Below are positions 1 to 10,169 of a stretch of 64,000 nucleotides of DNA, piece by piece. Every line of letters starts with the position of its first letter. Within the stretch, counting starts at the first letter, position 1. A program made the translations under genes and the position numbers. The notes below the pieces were generated by a model that searched no databases, was not told the origin of the DNA, and worked only from the letters and a program-made list of their open reading frames with translations. Origin of the DNA: an uncultured Chloroflexia bacterium (GTDB lineage: Bacteria; Chloroflexota; Limnocylindria; Limnocylindrales; CSP1-4); contig CAVQJC010000005.1 in assembly GCA_963712745.1 (NCBI GenBank), forward strand, positions 32,001-96,000, in the 5' to 3' direction.

Positions 1-2137
1 GCGCCCCAGCCCCTTGGACGAGGTGAGGACCGCGCTGCTGTTCTTCGACGAGACGCTGTTCCAGGTCACCCCCTATCTCTACCGCACCGTGGACCGCGTG
101 CTCGACCTGGCCCCGTGGACGGGTGAAGGCGCAGCCGAAGGCGTATCCGGTCCGGCGCGGGATACCGGTCACACCGGCACCCGGCCCCCGGCCGTGCCGG
201 CCTACCTGCGCTGGGGCTCCTGGGTCGGTGCCGACCGGGACGGTCATCCGCGGGTAACCGCCGAGACCACGCGCGAAGCGGCGGCCACCGGCGCCGACCA
301 CGTCCTGCGCGGGCTCGAGCGAGTGGCCACGCGGCTGATGCACACCATCACGCCGACACACCTCGGAGACGACGTTTCGCCGCGCCTTCAGGCGCGGCTC
401 GATCTCGACCGCGATGAGCTGGGAAACGCTCATGACGAGATGGTGGAGCACTACCCGCACGAGCCCTACCGGCAGCGTTTCGGCGGCATCGCCGAGCGCC
501 TGCGCCAGACGCGCCATCGGCTGGTCGGTGGCCGAGGCCACGGCGCGGGCTACGCCACGCCGGCCGAACTGCTCGAGGAGATCGACGAGCTCCAGGCCGC
601 GCTCATCGATGACGGCATGCCCCGCGTCGCGTACGGCGAGCTGCAGGCCCTGCGCTGGCAGGTGGAGACGTTCGGCTTCCATGCCTTCTCACTGGAGGTC
701 CGCCAGCACAGCGAGGTCCACGAGGCCACGCTGTCAGCGCTGCGAGATGGCGTGGTGCTGGGCGAGCGGCTGGTGGCCAACGGGGTGACCGCGGCCGAGG
801 TGCTCGAAACGTACCGCGCCATCGCCGATATCCAGCGCCAGTTCGGGCCGGAGGCCTGCCACCGCTACGTCATCAGCTTCACGCGTGCGGCACAGGACGT
901 CTACAACGTGCTCGAGCTGGCCGACTACGCTGGCCTGAGACGGGAGGCCCTCGATGTGGTGCCGCTGCTCGAGACCGCGGACGCCCTCGACGGGGCTGAC
1001 CGCCTGCTCGATGACATCCTTAGCGATGCTACGTACCGCGAGCATGTCCGGCGGCGAGGCGACCACCAGGAAGTCATGCTCGGCTACTCCGACTCGACCA
1101 AGGAATCCGGCGCCATGGCCGCTGCGTGGCTCCTGCACGGCGCGGAGACGAAGCTGGTGGAGGCGGCCGCCCGGCACGGCATCAGGCTGACCCTGTTCCA
1201 CGGGCGGGGCGGCGCCATCGGCCGCGGTGGTGGACCCATGAGCCGCGCCATCCTCGCCAGCGCTCCCCATTCGCTCGACGGCACGCTCAAGATCACCGAG
1301 CAGGGCGAGGTCGTGGCCGACCGATATTCGAACTTCGACATCGCCATGCGCCATCTCGCACAGCTGACAAACGCCGTGCTCATCGCCTCATCGCCGGCGC
1401 ACGAGCAGCAAGCGAAGGAGGCCCAACTGCGCGGCCGCACCATCCTCGAGGAGCTGGCCGAGCGTTCCGCGCACGTCTATCGGTCGCTCGTCTGGGAGGA
1501 CCCGGCATTCGAGGCCTTCTACGTGGCGGCCACACCGATCGCGGAGTTGTCACGGCTGGCCATGGGCTCGCGGCCGGCGGCGCGCGGTGGAGGCGCCGTC
1601 TCGCTGGAGACGCTGAGGGCGATCCCCTGGGTCTTCTCGTGGGCGCAGGCACGCCTGTTCCTGCCGGCCTGGTACGGCCTGGGCACGGCTATCGAGGACT
1701 TCGAGGCCGAGCACGGGGCCGGCGCCACCGAGTCGCTGCAGGATCTGTACCGCGAATCGTCGTTCCTGATGGGAGTCATCGACGTCATGGAGATGGCCTT
1801 GGCCAAGGTGGACCTGTCGGTGGCGCGCCGTTACGCCGACCTCGCACCGCAGCCAGAGGCCGAACGCATCTGGGAACTCATCCGCTCCGAGTTCGAGCGC
1901 ACCGTGGCCGCGGTCCTGCGTATCAGCGGCCGTAGGGGGCTGCTCGACGCGGCCCCGTCCCTGCAGCGCTCGATCTCGCTGCGCAACCCGTACGTGGACT
2001 CGCTTTCCGAGCTCCAGGTGATGCTGCTGGCACGACTGCGCGCGATGGACGAGGACGATCCCGGACGTGGAGAACTACGCCGGCTCGTGCAGCTCACCGT
2101 CAGCGGCGTGGCCGCGGGCCTCCAGAACACGGGATAG
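1..2137 (+). CDS. ppc: Phosphoenolpyruvate carboxylase (5'-truncated by window edge)
   Basis: Motifs GADRDGHP, QEVMLGYSDSTKESG, FHGRGGAIGRGGG, LRAIPWVFSWAQ, RNPYVD and C-terminal AAGLQNTG. Confidence 0.97.
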   Translation, partial: RPSPLDEVRTALLFFDETLFQVTPYLYRTVDRVLDLAPWTGEGAAEGVSGPARDTGHTGTRPPAVPAYLRWGSWVGADRDGHPRVTAETTREAAATGADHVLRGLERVATRLMHTITPTHLGDDVSPRLQARLDLDRDELGNAHDEMVEHYPHEPYRQRFGGIAERLRQTRHRLVGGRGHGAGYATPAELLEEIDELQAALIDDGMPRVAYGELQALRWQVETFGFHAFSLEVRQHSEVHEATLSALRDGVVLGERLVANGVTAAEVLETYRAIADIQRQFGPEACHRYVISFTRAAQDVYNVLELADYAGLRREALDVVPLLETADALDGADRLLDDILSDATYREHVRRRGDHQEVMLGYSDSTKESGAMAAAWLLHGAETKLVEAAARHGIRLTLFHGRGGAIGRGGGPMSRAILASAPHSLDGTLKITEQGEVVADRYSNFDIAMRHLAQLTNAVLIASSPAHEQQAKEAQLRGRTILEELAERSAHVYRSLVWEDPAFEAFYVAATPIAELSRLAMGSRPAARGGGAVSLETLRAIPWVFSWAQARLFLPAWYGLGTAIEDFEAEHGAGATESLQDLYRESSFLMGVIDVMEMALAKVDLSVARRYADLAPQPEAERIWELIRSEFERTVAAVLRISGRRGLLDAAPSLQRSISLRNPYVDSLSELQVMLLARLRAMDEDDPGRGELRRLVQLTVSGVAAGLQNTG

Positions 2138-2191
2138 GCTTGGCAGCGCCGGCCTGGCCGCTGCTGGCCGTGGCGGTTCCCGGGCCATAGA

Positions 2192-2516
2192 CCACCTCGC
2201 GTGGCGCCGTTCCCGCTCAGGCCGCGGCGCGGTTCCCGCTCATGGCCACCTCGCGTGGCGCCGTTCCCGCTCGCCGCGCGTCGGCCGGCCTCGCGCGGCG
2301 CCGTTCCCGCTCAGGCCGCGGCGAGGTTCCCGCTCAACGGCACAACTCGACCGCTTCCCGACTCTGCCGACGCGCTGTGCCCGTTCAGCGGGAGAATCGG
2401 CGAGCTCGGGCTACGAGATGCGCAATTCTTCCCGCTGAACGAGAAAGACGGCGCAGCTCACGAGCAGACATCACCCAACTCCTGCCCCACTCGTCACGTT
2501 GTCCCGCTCAGCGAGA
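2192..2516. repeat. Cluster of GTTCCCGCTC direct repeats and imperfect palindromes CCCGYTSARCG(G/A)GA
   Basis: GTTCCCGCTC x5 in 2192-2335; palindromic copies at about 2327, 2379, 2429, 2501; same motif recurs at 11376-11536. Confidence 0.7.
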
Positions 2517-2552
2517 AGCGCCGATATAGCGCCCGGAGCCACGGTCCCACAA

Positions 2553-2739
2553 ACGGGCGGCACACTGCGGCCCCACGGGCGGCACACTGCGGCCCCACGG
2601 GCGGCACACTGCGGCCCCACGGGCGGCACACTGCGGCCCCACGGGCGGCACACTGCGGCCCCAGGGCGCACCGCGGCCACGCAGCACGCGGCGGCCCACG
2701 GGCGGCACACTGCGGCCCACGCAGCACGCGGCCCCACGG
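2553..2739. repeat. 22-bp tandem repeat ACGGGCGGCACACTGCGGCCCC
   Basis: Five perfect copies 2553-2662 followed by degenerate copies. Confidence 0.95.
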
Positions 2740-2788
2740 ATGGCCCATGCCCGATGTGCCGTTCAGCCCTCGCGGCGCTCTCCACGCT

Positions 2789-2835
2789 TGCTATAGTGCG
2801 ACATTAAGAAAGCAAACGTAAGCACTCGCAATCAT
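2789..2835 (+). promoter_or_regulatory. Putative extended -10 promoter (TG-C-TATAGT) of the sugar operon, with AT-rich possible operator
   Basis: TGCTATAGT at 2789-2797 in an AT-rich patch about 95 bp upstream of the ATG at 2893. Confidence 0.5.
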
Positions 2836-2892
2836 CGGCGCGTACACCGTGCGTCCAGATCTGCGCACCGCGTCCAGGAGGAGAGCACCCCC

Positions 2893-4098
2893 ATGGCGGC
2901 ACCAGGCCCGCGACTGGCCTTCAATACCCACTTGCACGTCCCGCCGAACTTCTCGGCCTTCACTACCGTCGAGGATGCCGTCGAGACGTCGGCGAAGGAG
3001 GGCGTGAAGGTCGTGGGCACCTCCAACTTCCACGACTTCGGCGTCTATGACCGTTTCGATGCGGCGGCCCGGCAGCACGGCCTGCACGCCCTCTTCGGGC
3101 TCGAGTTCATCTCCGTGCTCGACGAGGAGATGCGCGCTGGCATCACGGTGAATGACCCTGCCAACCCCGGCCGCGCCTACATCTGCGGCAAGGGCATCCC
3201 CGCACCCACCGCTCCGGATGCCGCCTCAAAGGCCTTCATCGACGCCGCCAAAGTCTCGAACGAGGCCCGTACCACGCAGATGGTCGACCTCGTCCGGGGC
3301 CTCTTCGTGGAAGCGGGCCTGGACATCGATGTCACCTACGCCTCCATCGTCGAGGGGGTGTCCCGGCGAGCCGAGGTCCCGGCCGAGTGGATCGTCCTCC
3401 AGGAGCGCCACGTCGCGCTTGGCTTCCAGGAGGCGCTCTTCGAGGCGCTGCCGGCGGACCAGCGATCGGCCTTCCTCGAGAAGGTCTACGACCAGACCCC
3501 CAGGGCCGCGGTCGACGACACGGTCGCGACCCAGGGTGAGCTACGCGCACGCCTGATGAAGGCCGGCTGCCCCGCGTTCGTCGATGAGACCGCCGTACCG
3601 TTCGAGGACGCGGTCGACTTCATCCGCGGCCTCGGCGCGATCGTGGTCTATCCCACCGTGGCCGACGGGGCCGACCCCGTCTGCGGCTACGAGGATCCCG
3701 TGGAGGACCTCATCGAGCGCCTCGGCAGCCACGACATCTACGGCGCCGAGCTGGTCACGGTGCGCAACACACCCGAGTGCGTGGATCGCTACGTGAAGGC
3801 CTGGCGTGACGCCGGCATCTTCGTGACCGCGGGCACCGAGCACAACACGCTCGAGCGCATCCCGGTCGAGCCGACCTGCCTGCGCGGTGTGCCCATCTCC
3901 GAGGAGTCGAAGGGCATCATGTGGGAGGGCGTCTGCGTGGTAGCCGCCCACCAACACCGCAAGCAGCAGGGCCAGCCCGGATATGTCGACCGCTGGGGCA
4001 AGCTCGACCCGGGCTTCCCCGACGCCGAGAGCCGCATCCGCTACTTCGCGGAGATGGGCGCGGAGCTCATCCATGAAGCCACGGGGACCGCCCGATGA
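2893..4098 (+). CDS. PHP-domain metal-dependent phosphoesterase-like protein
   Basis: N-terminal NTHLH, GTSNFHD, GLEF and late AGTEHN motifs; RBS AGGAGGAG. Confidence 0.75.
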   Translation: MAAPGPRLAFNTHLHVPPNFSAFTTVEDAVETSAKEGVKVVGTSNFHDFGVYDRFDAAARQHGLHALFGLEFISVLDEEMRAGITVNDPANPGRAYICGKGIPAPTAPDAASKAFIDAAKVSNEARTTQMVDLVRGLFVEAGLDIDVTYASIVEGVSRRAEVPAEWIVLQERHVALGFQEALFEALPADQRSAFLEKVYDQTPRAAVDDTVATQGELRARLMKAGCPAFVDETAVPFEDAVDFIRGLGAIVVYPTVADGADPVCGYEDPVEDLIERLGSHDIYGAELVTVRNTPECVDRYVKAWRDAGIFVTAGTEHNTLERIPVEPTCLRGVPISEESKGIMWEGVCVVAAHQHRKQQGQPGYVDRWGKLDPGFPDAESRIRYFAEMGAELIHEATGTAR

Positions 4099-6173
4099 CC
4101 GACCTTGCCGGCCTCCGGCTCCTGGCGCTCGACGACCAGCTCATCCGCGATGCCATCGAGATGTCGCAGCGCTTCGGCCGAGATCCCGAATACACGCGAG
4201 GCGGTGGCGGCAACTCGTCGGTCAAGCACGGCGGGGTCGTCTACATCAAGCCCAGCGGAGTCTCCCTCGCAGCCATCGAGGCGGACGACCTGGTGCCGCT
4301 GGCCACCGCTCCCCTCCTCGACCTGCTGCTCCACGGTGGCTCGGAAGAGGACGAAGCACGCATCCCCGGCGCACCCGATCCGGTCATGCGTGCGGCGGCC
4401 AGGGTGCGCATGGCCGAGGCCAAGGGCCGGCGCCCGTCGGTGGAGCTGATGTTCCACTCGTTGCTGCCGGAACGTTACGTGCTCCACACGCACGCCATCG
4501 TGCCTAACGCGGTGACCTGCAATCGCGACGGCCAGGCGCTCATGGGTGACCTCTTCGGTAACGACGCCCTGTGGGTGCCGTACACCGATCCGGGACTGCC
4601 GCTGGCGCGCAAGATCAACGAGCTGCGCGAGGCACACCAGGCCCGCACCAGCCAGCCTGCGCCGCGCATCACCTTCATGGGCGACCACGGCATCATCGTC
4701 TCGGCCGACACCATCGCCGAGATCGCCGAGCTCAACGAGCATGTCATGGGCACCGTCCGAGGCGCGCTGGAGAAGTCCGGCATCGCGGTGGGCAGCTCCG
4801 GGCGTGCCGTGGCCCGCATCGCCGCCGACGAGGCTCATGCCTCTGAGTTGGTCAAGGCCATCGCGCCCACCCTGCGCGCACTGCTCTCGGCCGAGGGCAG
4901 TCCCCTGAAGCTGGTCACCTACGACCCGGCCCTGACCGCCGCCGACTACCTCGAGTCCGAAGATGGCACCAACGCGGTCAGGGGCGGGCCCATGACACCC
5001 GACCAGATCGTCTACTCGGGCTCCTTTCCGCTGCTTTTCGACCCCCCGACCGACACCCCGCTCGAGGACGTGCCGGCGCTGCTTCGGGCGGCGCTCGAAG
5101 CCAACATCGAGGAACACGGAGCGGCCCCCATCATCACCGTCGTGCCCGGGCTGGGCATCTTCGCCGCCGGTGACACGTGGAAGGAGGTCGACACCGCTCG
5201 CGATGTCTACCTCGACTGCCTGCGTGTCTACCAGAGCGCCGACGCGATCGGCCGCGTGCGCGCGCTGACCGACGAGGAGCGCGGCTTCATCGAGCACTGG
5301 GAGGTCGAGGCATACCGCAAGAACGCGGCCGCATTCGGCAGATCGCCGGGGCGCTTCGCTGGCAGGGTCGCGCTCATCACCGGCGCTGCCCAGGGTTTCG
5401 GGCTGGGCATCGCCCAGGGCCTCGCGCGTGAGGGCGGCACGGTCATCCTGGCCGACCTCCAGGCCGGGCAGGCCGCGGCAGAAGCAGCCGCCATCGAGGC
5501 CGAGCACGGCGCTGGCCGGGCCTGGTCCGTGGCCATCGACGTGACCGACGAGGAGTCGGTCAGGGCAGCGGTCGGGGCGACGGTCGCCCGCTTCGGCGGC
5601 ATCGACCTGTTCGTCAGCAACGCCGGCGTCCTGCGCGCAGGGAGCGTGACCGAGCAACCCGTAGCGGACTTCGACTTCGTGACCCAGGTCAACTATCGCG
5701 GCTACTTCCTGGGCGTGCGGGCCGTGGCCCCCATCCTCGCCGCCCAGCACGCGGCTCGCCCCGACTATCTCGCCGACATCGTGGAGGTCAACTCCAAGTC
5801 GGGCCTCGTCGGCTCCAAGCGGAACTTCGCCTATGCCGGCTCCAAGTTCGGCGGCATCGGCCTGACCCAGTCCTTCGCCCTCGAGCTGGTGGAAGACGGC
5901 ATCAAGGTCAACGCCGTCTGCCCCGGCAACTACTACGAGGGCCCACTCTGGTCCGATCCCGAGACGGGGCTGTTCCAGCAGTACCTGCGCGAAGGCAAGA
6001 TCCCCGGCGCCACCACCGTCGAGGAGGTCCGCGCCGCCTACGAGGCCAAGGTCCCCATGGGCCGCGGCTGCAACCCCGATGACGTGGTCGAGGCCATCCT
6101 CTACCTCGTGTCCCAGCAATACGAGACCGGCCAGGCGTTGCCGGTCACCGGAGGCCAGGTGATGCTCTCATGA
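4095..6173 (+). CDS. Bifunctional class II aldolase / short-chain dehydrogenase (RhaD-like N-terminus, SrlD-like C-terminus)
   Basis: GGGGNSSVK, RPSVE, HTH, HG aldolase motifs; TGAAQGFG, NAG, NSKSG, YAGSK SDR motifs; ATGA overlap. Confidence 0.9.
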   Translation: MTDLAGLRLLALDDQLIRDAIEMSQRFGRDPEYTRGGGGNSSVKHGGVVYIKPSGVSLAAIEADDLVPLATAPLLDLLLHGGSEEDEARIPGAPDPVMRAAARVRMAEAKGRRPSVELMFHSLLPERYVLHTHAIVPNAVTCNRDGQALMGDLFGNDALWVPYTDPGLPLARKINELREAHQARTSQPAPRITFMGDHGIIVSADTIAEIAELNEHVMGTVRGALEKSGIAVGSSGRAVARIAADEAHASELVKAIAPTLRALLSAEGSPLKLVTYDPALTAADYLESEDGTNAVRGGPMTPDQIVYSGSFPLLFDPPTDTPLEDVPALLRAALEANIEEHGAAPIITVVPGLGIFAAGDTWKEVDTARDVYLDCLRVYQSADAIGRVRALTDEERGFIEHWEVEAYRKNAAAFGRSPGRFAGRVALITGAAQGFGLGIAQGLAREGGTVILADLQAGQAAAEAAAIEAEHGAGRAWSVAIDVTDEESVRAAVGATVARFGGIDLFVSNAGVLRAGSVTEQPVADFDFVTQVNYRGYFLGVRAVAPILAAQHAARPDYLADIVEVNSKSGLVGSKRNFAYAGSKFGGIGLTQSFALELVEDGIKVNAVCPGNYYEGPLWSDPETGLFQQYLREGKIPGATTVEEVRAAYEAKVPMGRGCNPDDVVEAILYLVSQQYETGQALPVTGGQVMLS

Positions 6174-7855
6174 CCACCATCCCAGAGACCCAGTACGCGG
6201 CCCAGCTCGTGGCCGCCGACACCATCGAGCTCAACACGGCCAAGCCGGTGCCGGAGCTGGGCCCTACCCAGATCCTCTGCCGCATCGAAGCCACGGGCAT
6301 CTGTTTCAGCGACACCAAGCTGATGCACGCGTTCACATCGCACCCGCGCAAGAGCGAGGTGTTGACGTTCCTTACGCCCGCGGAGCTGGCGACCATCCCC
6401 AGCTACGTGCCCGGCGAGGCTCCGACCGTGCCCGGCCACGAGGCCTGCGCCCGGGTCGTGGCCGTCGGCTCCGAGGTCACGCGCCACGAGGTCGGCGATC
6501 GCGCGCTGGTGCAGACCGATTACCGCCACATGCTCACCGCGGCCTCCAACGCCTCCTTCGGCTACAACTTCGAGGGCGCGCTCCAGCAGTACGTGGTCAT
6601 GGACGAACGCGTGATCGTCGATCCCGATACACAGGAGCGCTTCCTCATCCCCGTCAGCGAGGAGCCCAGTGCCTCGGCCGTGGGACTGCTGGAGCCGTGG
6701 GCCTGTGTCGAGCGGGCCTACGCCACCGAGGAGCGGGGCACGCTCAAGGCCGATGGCAAGCTGCTGGTCGTGGCAGAGGCCGGCCGCACTATCGCGGGCC
6801 TCAGCGAGCTCATCGATGTGGCAGCCCCGGGCTCGGTCAGCGCGGTGGTCGCGGACGGCTCGCAGCAGGCAGCGCTCGAAGCCACCGGCACGACCTTCGT
6901 GGGCTCCATCGACGAGCTCAAGGCCGGCACCTTCGATGACATCATCTACTTCGGCTCCGATCCCGACCGCGTGGAGGCCTTGCAGGCCCTGCTGGCGCTC
7001 AAGGGCGTCATCGACGTCGTGCTCGGTGGTGGGTCGCTGGGCCGGCCCGTCAACGTCGACGTCGGTCGCGTCCACTACGACCTCATCCGCTGGGTCGGCA
7101 CCAACGGGTCATCCGCCGCCGAGGGCTATGCCTGGGTACCCGCCAGCGGCGAGCTCCGCACCGGAGAGCAGGTCGTCGTCATCGGCGCCGCGGGTCCCAT
7201 GGGCTTCATGCACGTACTGCGAGCCTTGACCGCAGGAGTCGCCGGCGTGTCCGTGACCGCCGTCGACATCGACCAGGCGCGACTCGCCCACCTGGCCAAG
7301 ATCGCGGCACCCGTGGCCGAGGCCAAGGGTCTGGCCTTCGAAGCCCTGGACAGCAACGAGACGCAGCCGGCCGGTGGCTTCACGCGCATCGGCTGCATGG
7401 TTCCGGTCCCCGCGCTGGCAGCAGGCACGGTCGAGCTCGCGGCCGCGGGCGCCATCATCGACTTCTTCGCCGGCTTCGCCATCGGCACCACCGCACCGCT
7501 CGACCTCGACCAGATGATCACCAAGCACGTCTACATCCTGGGCACCAGCGGCTCGATGATCAGCGACATGAAGGCCGTGCTGGGCCGGCTCGAGGCGGGC
7601 ACGCTCGACACCAACATCAGCGTCTACGCCATCAGTGGCATGCAGGGCGTAGCCGATGCCCTCGAGGCCGTGAAGGCCCGCACGTCCGGCGGCAAGATCG
7701 TCATCTACCCGCAGCTGACGGAGCTGGGCTTGATCACCCTGGCCGAGCTGGAGGCACGGTTGCCGGAGGTGGCGGCGGCCCTCGACGATGGCCGCTGGAC
7801 CAAGGCAGCCGAGGAAGCACTGCTGAAAGCTGCCGGCGGAGGCGCGGTGGCATGA
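6170..7855 (+). CDS. Zn-type MDR dehydrogenase (L-sorbose-1-phosphate reductase-like, long form)
   Basis: GICFSD, PGHE, LLEPWACV, GAAGPMG motifs. Confidence 0.8.
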   Translation: MTTIPETQYAAQLVAADTIELNTAKPVPELGPTQILCRIEATGICFSDTKLMHAFTSHPRKSEVLTFLTPAELATIPSYVPGEAPTVPGHEACARVVAVGSEVTRHEVGDRALVQTDYRHMLTAASNASFGYNFEGALQQYVVMDERVIVDPDTQERFLIPVSEEPSASAVGLLEPWACVERAYATEERGTLKADGKLLVVAEAGRTIAGLSELIDVAAPGSVSAVVADGSQQAALEATGTTFVGSIDELKAGTFDDIIYFGSDPDRVEALQALLALKGVIDVVLGGGSLGRPVNVDVGRVHYDLIRWVGTNGSSAAEGYAWVPASGELRTGEQVVVIGAAGPMGFMHVLRALTAGVAGVSVTAVDIDQARLAHLAKIAAPVAEAKGLAFEALDSNETQPAGGFTRIGCMVPVPALAAGTVELAAAGAIIDFFAGFAIGTTAPLDLDQMITKHVYILGTSGSMISDMKAVLGRLEAGTLDTNISVYAISGMQGVADALEAVKARTSGGKIVIYPQLTELGLITLAELEARLPEVAAALDDGRWTKAAEEALLKAAGGGAVA

Positions 7856-8655
7856 CCGCCTCGCCCGCCTCGGTCGCGAGCGGCGCCTTCGCCAGCGAGC
7901 GGCAGATGGAGATCGGCCGCATCGTGGAGGAGCAGGGACGCGCGCGGGTGACGGAACTCGCCGAACGGCTGGGCGTGTCGGCGGTGACCATCCGCAAGGA
8001 CCTCGACACGCTGGCCGAGGCCGACCGCCTCATACGCACGCACGGTGGCGCCATCGCCCCCCGTATGCGGCGCGGTGACATCGCCTTCGACGTACGCGAC
8101 CGGCTGCAGCGGGAGGAGAAAGCCGCCATCGGCGTGCTCGCGGCAGCCCACGTCAGCCATGGCGAGTCGATCATCCTCGACGCCAGCACCACCGCCCTGT
8201 ACCTGGCGCAGGAGCTGCTCAAGCGCGAGACCTGGCATGGCCTCACGGTGGTGACCAACAGCATCCACGCCGCCACCGCCCTGGCCCCCCGCTCGGACAT
8301 CACGGTGCTGCTGATGGGCGGCCGCGTGCGCAGTTCGCTCTCGGTCGTGGGCGAGCTCGGCGACGCGGTGTTCGAGCGGATCAACGTCCAGAAGGCGTTC
8401 CTGGGATCGGCCGGGTTCTCTCTCGAGGAGGGCCTCACCGAGGCCCGGGAGGAAGAGGCGCAGATCAAGCGCGCGATGGTGGCCGCAGCCCACGAGATTT
8501 GCGCCATCATCGACCACAGCAAGTGGGGGCGAGTCGCCTCGGCCACGTTCTGCGGCGTCGAGGGCCTGACCCGGGTCTTCACCGACGCCGCGGCTCCGGC
8601 CGGCATGGTGGCCTCGCTCCAGGGCATGGGGATCGAGGTGACGCAGCATGGCTGA
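7852..8655 (+). CDS. DeoR/GlpR family transcriptional regulator
   Basis: VSAVTIRKDL, RTHGGA, LDASTT, DHSKWG. Confidence 0.95.
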   Translation: MTASPASVASGAFASERQMEIGRIVEEQGRARVTELAERLGVSAVTIRKDLDTLAEADRLIRTHGGAIAPRMRRGDIAFDVRDRLQREEKAAIGVLAAAHVSHGESIILDASTTALYLAQELLKRETWHGLTVVTNSIHAATALAPRSDITVLLMGGRVRSSLSVVGELGDAVFERINVQKAFLGSAGFSLEEGLTEAREEEAQIKRAMVAAAHEICAIIDHSKWGRVASATFCGVEGLTRVFTDAAAPAGMVASLQGMGIEVTQHG

Positions 8656-10132
8656 CCGGGGACTCCGATACGTAGCGCTGGATTTCGGCGCCGAGAGCGG
8701 CCGCACCATCGTGGGGCGCATCGACCACGACAGGCTCAGCGTCGAACCGGTGCATCGGTATGCCAATACGCCGGTGCGCATGGGCGGCACGCTCTACTGG
8801 GACTTCCCCAGGCAGTTCGGCGACATCCTGGCCGGCATGCAGCGCGCGGCAGCCGACGGCCCGGTGCACTCGGTCTCGGTCGACACCTGGGGCGTGGACT
8901 ACGGCTACATCGACGCGCGCGGGCGGCTCATCGGCAACCCCATCCACTACCGCGACACACGCCACGAGAAGATGCTCGAGGCGGCCTTCGAGATCGTCCC
9001 TCGAGAGGAGATCTACGGGGCCACGGGCATCCAGTTCATGTCCATCAACACGCTCTACCAGATGCTCAGCGAGGTCAAGGCGGAGGACCCCATCCTGGCC
9101 GCGGCGGACAAGATGCTGATGATGCCGGACATCTTCAACCACTTCCTCAGTGGCGTGAGCGTGTGCGAGTACACCGAGGCCAGCACTGGCCAGACGCTGG
9201 ACCCGTGGACCCGACAGTGGGCCACGCCGCTCCTCGACAAGCTGGGCATCCCCACCCACTTCCTGCCCGAGATCGTAGAGCCGGGCACGGTGCTGGGCTC
9301 GCTGCTCAACGAGGTCGCACATGCCACCGGCTGCACGGGGGCACAGGTCGTGGCGGGGGCCTCGCACGACACGCCCTCCGCCGTGGCGGGGGCTCCGCTG
9401 GCGGGGCCATCGACGGCCTACATCTCCTCGGGCACCTGGTCGCTGGTGGGCCTCGAAGTGCGCGAGCCGGTGGTGACCGAGGCCTCGCTGGCCGCGAACC
9501 TGACCAACGAGGGCGGCTACGACGGCACCATCACGCTGCTCAAGAACGTGATGGGCCTGTGGCTGGTCCAGCAGAGCCGCAAGGCGCTGTGGCCGGGCGA
9601 GGGTGCGCCGTCATACGACGAGATCTGTGACCTCGCCGAGACCGGCCCGCAGTGGAGCGCCTTCGTGGACCCCGACGATCCGCGCTTCCTGTGGCCGGGC
9701 GACATGCCCACGCGCATCCGGGAGTACTGCGAGGAGACCGGGCAGCCGGTGCCCTTCGAGACGGCCACGCTGTGGCGGGTCATCTTCGAGTCGCTGGCGC
9801 TGAAGTACGCCTGGATCATCGACCAGCTGGCGGCGGTGAGCGGACGCGAGATCGACCAGATCCACATCGTCGGCGGCGGCTCGCAGAACGAGCTGCTGTG
9901 CCAGATGACGGCCGATGCGGCCAAGCGCGAAGTCGTGGCCGGCCCGGTCGAGGCCACGGCCATCGGCAACATCGCCATCCAGGCCATCACCTCCGGCGAG
10001 CTGAGCGACCTGGCCCAGGCCCGCGAGCTCGTGGCCCGTTCCTTCCCCATGAAGACATACCAGCCCAAGGGCTTCTTCTGGCGGAAGGCCAACGAGCGCT
10101 TCGCCAAGCTGATGGAGCCGGATGACCGCTGA
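8648..10132 (+). CDS. rhaB: Rhamnulokinase family carbohydrate kinase
   Basis: DFGAESGR, DTWGVDY, HYRD, HDTPSA, SSGTWSL, NVMGLW, GGGSQN, GPVEATAIGN. Confidence 0.9.
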   Translation: MADRGLRYVALDFGAESGRTIVGRIDHDRLSVEPVHRYANTPVRMGGTLYWDFPRQFGDILAGMQRAAADGPVHSVSVDTWGVDYGYIDARGRLIGNPIHYRDTRHEKMLEAAFEIVPREEIYGATGIQFMSINTLYQMLSEVKAEDPILAAADKMLMMPDIFNHFLSGVSVCEYTEASTGQTLDPWTRQWATPLLDKLGIPTHFLPEIVEPGTVLGSLLNEVAHATGCTGAQVVAGASHDTPSAVAGAPLAGPSTAYISSGTWSLVGLEVREPVVTEASLAANLTNEGGYDGTITLLKNVMGLWLVQQSRKALWPGEGAPSYDEICDLAETGPQWSAFVDPDDPRFLWPGDMPTRIREYCEETGQPVPFETATLWRVIFESLALKYAWIIDQLAAVSGREIDQIHIVGGGSQNELLCQMTADAAKREVVAGPVEATAIGNIAIQAITSGELSDLAQARELVARSFPMKTYQPKGFFWRKANERFAKLMEPDDR

Positions 10133-10169
10133 CCCCACAGGCACCCACCTCGAAGGAGCGAGACAAGCG

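Noticed and set aside
2192-2739. Mini-CRISPR in the intergenic repeats
   Set aside because: Tandem units without regular unique spacers, and palindromes too short and irregularly spaced
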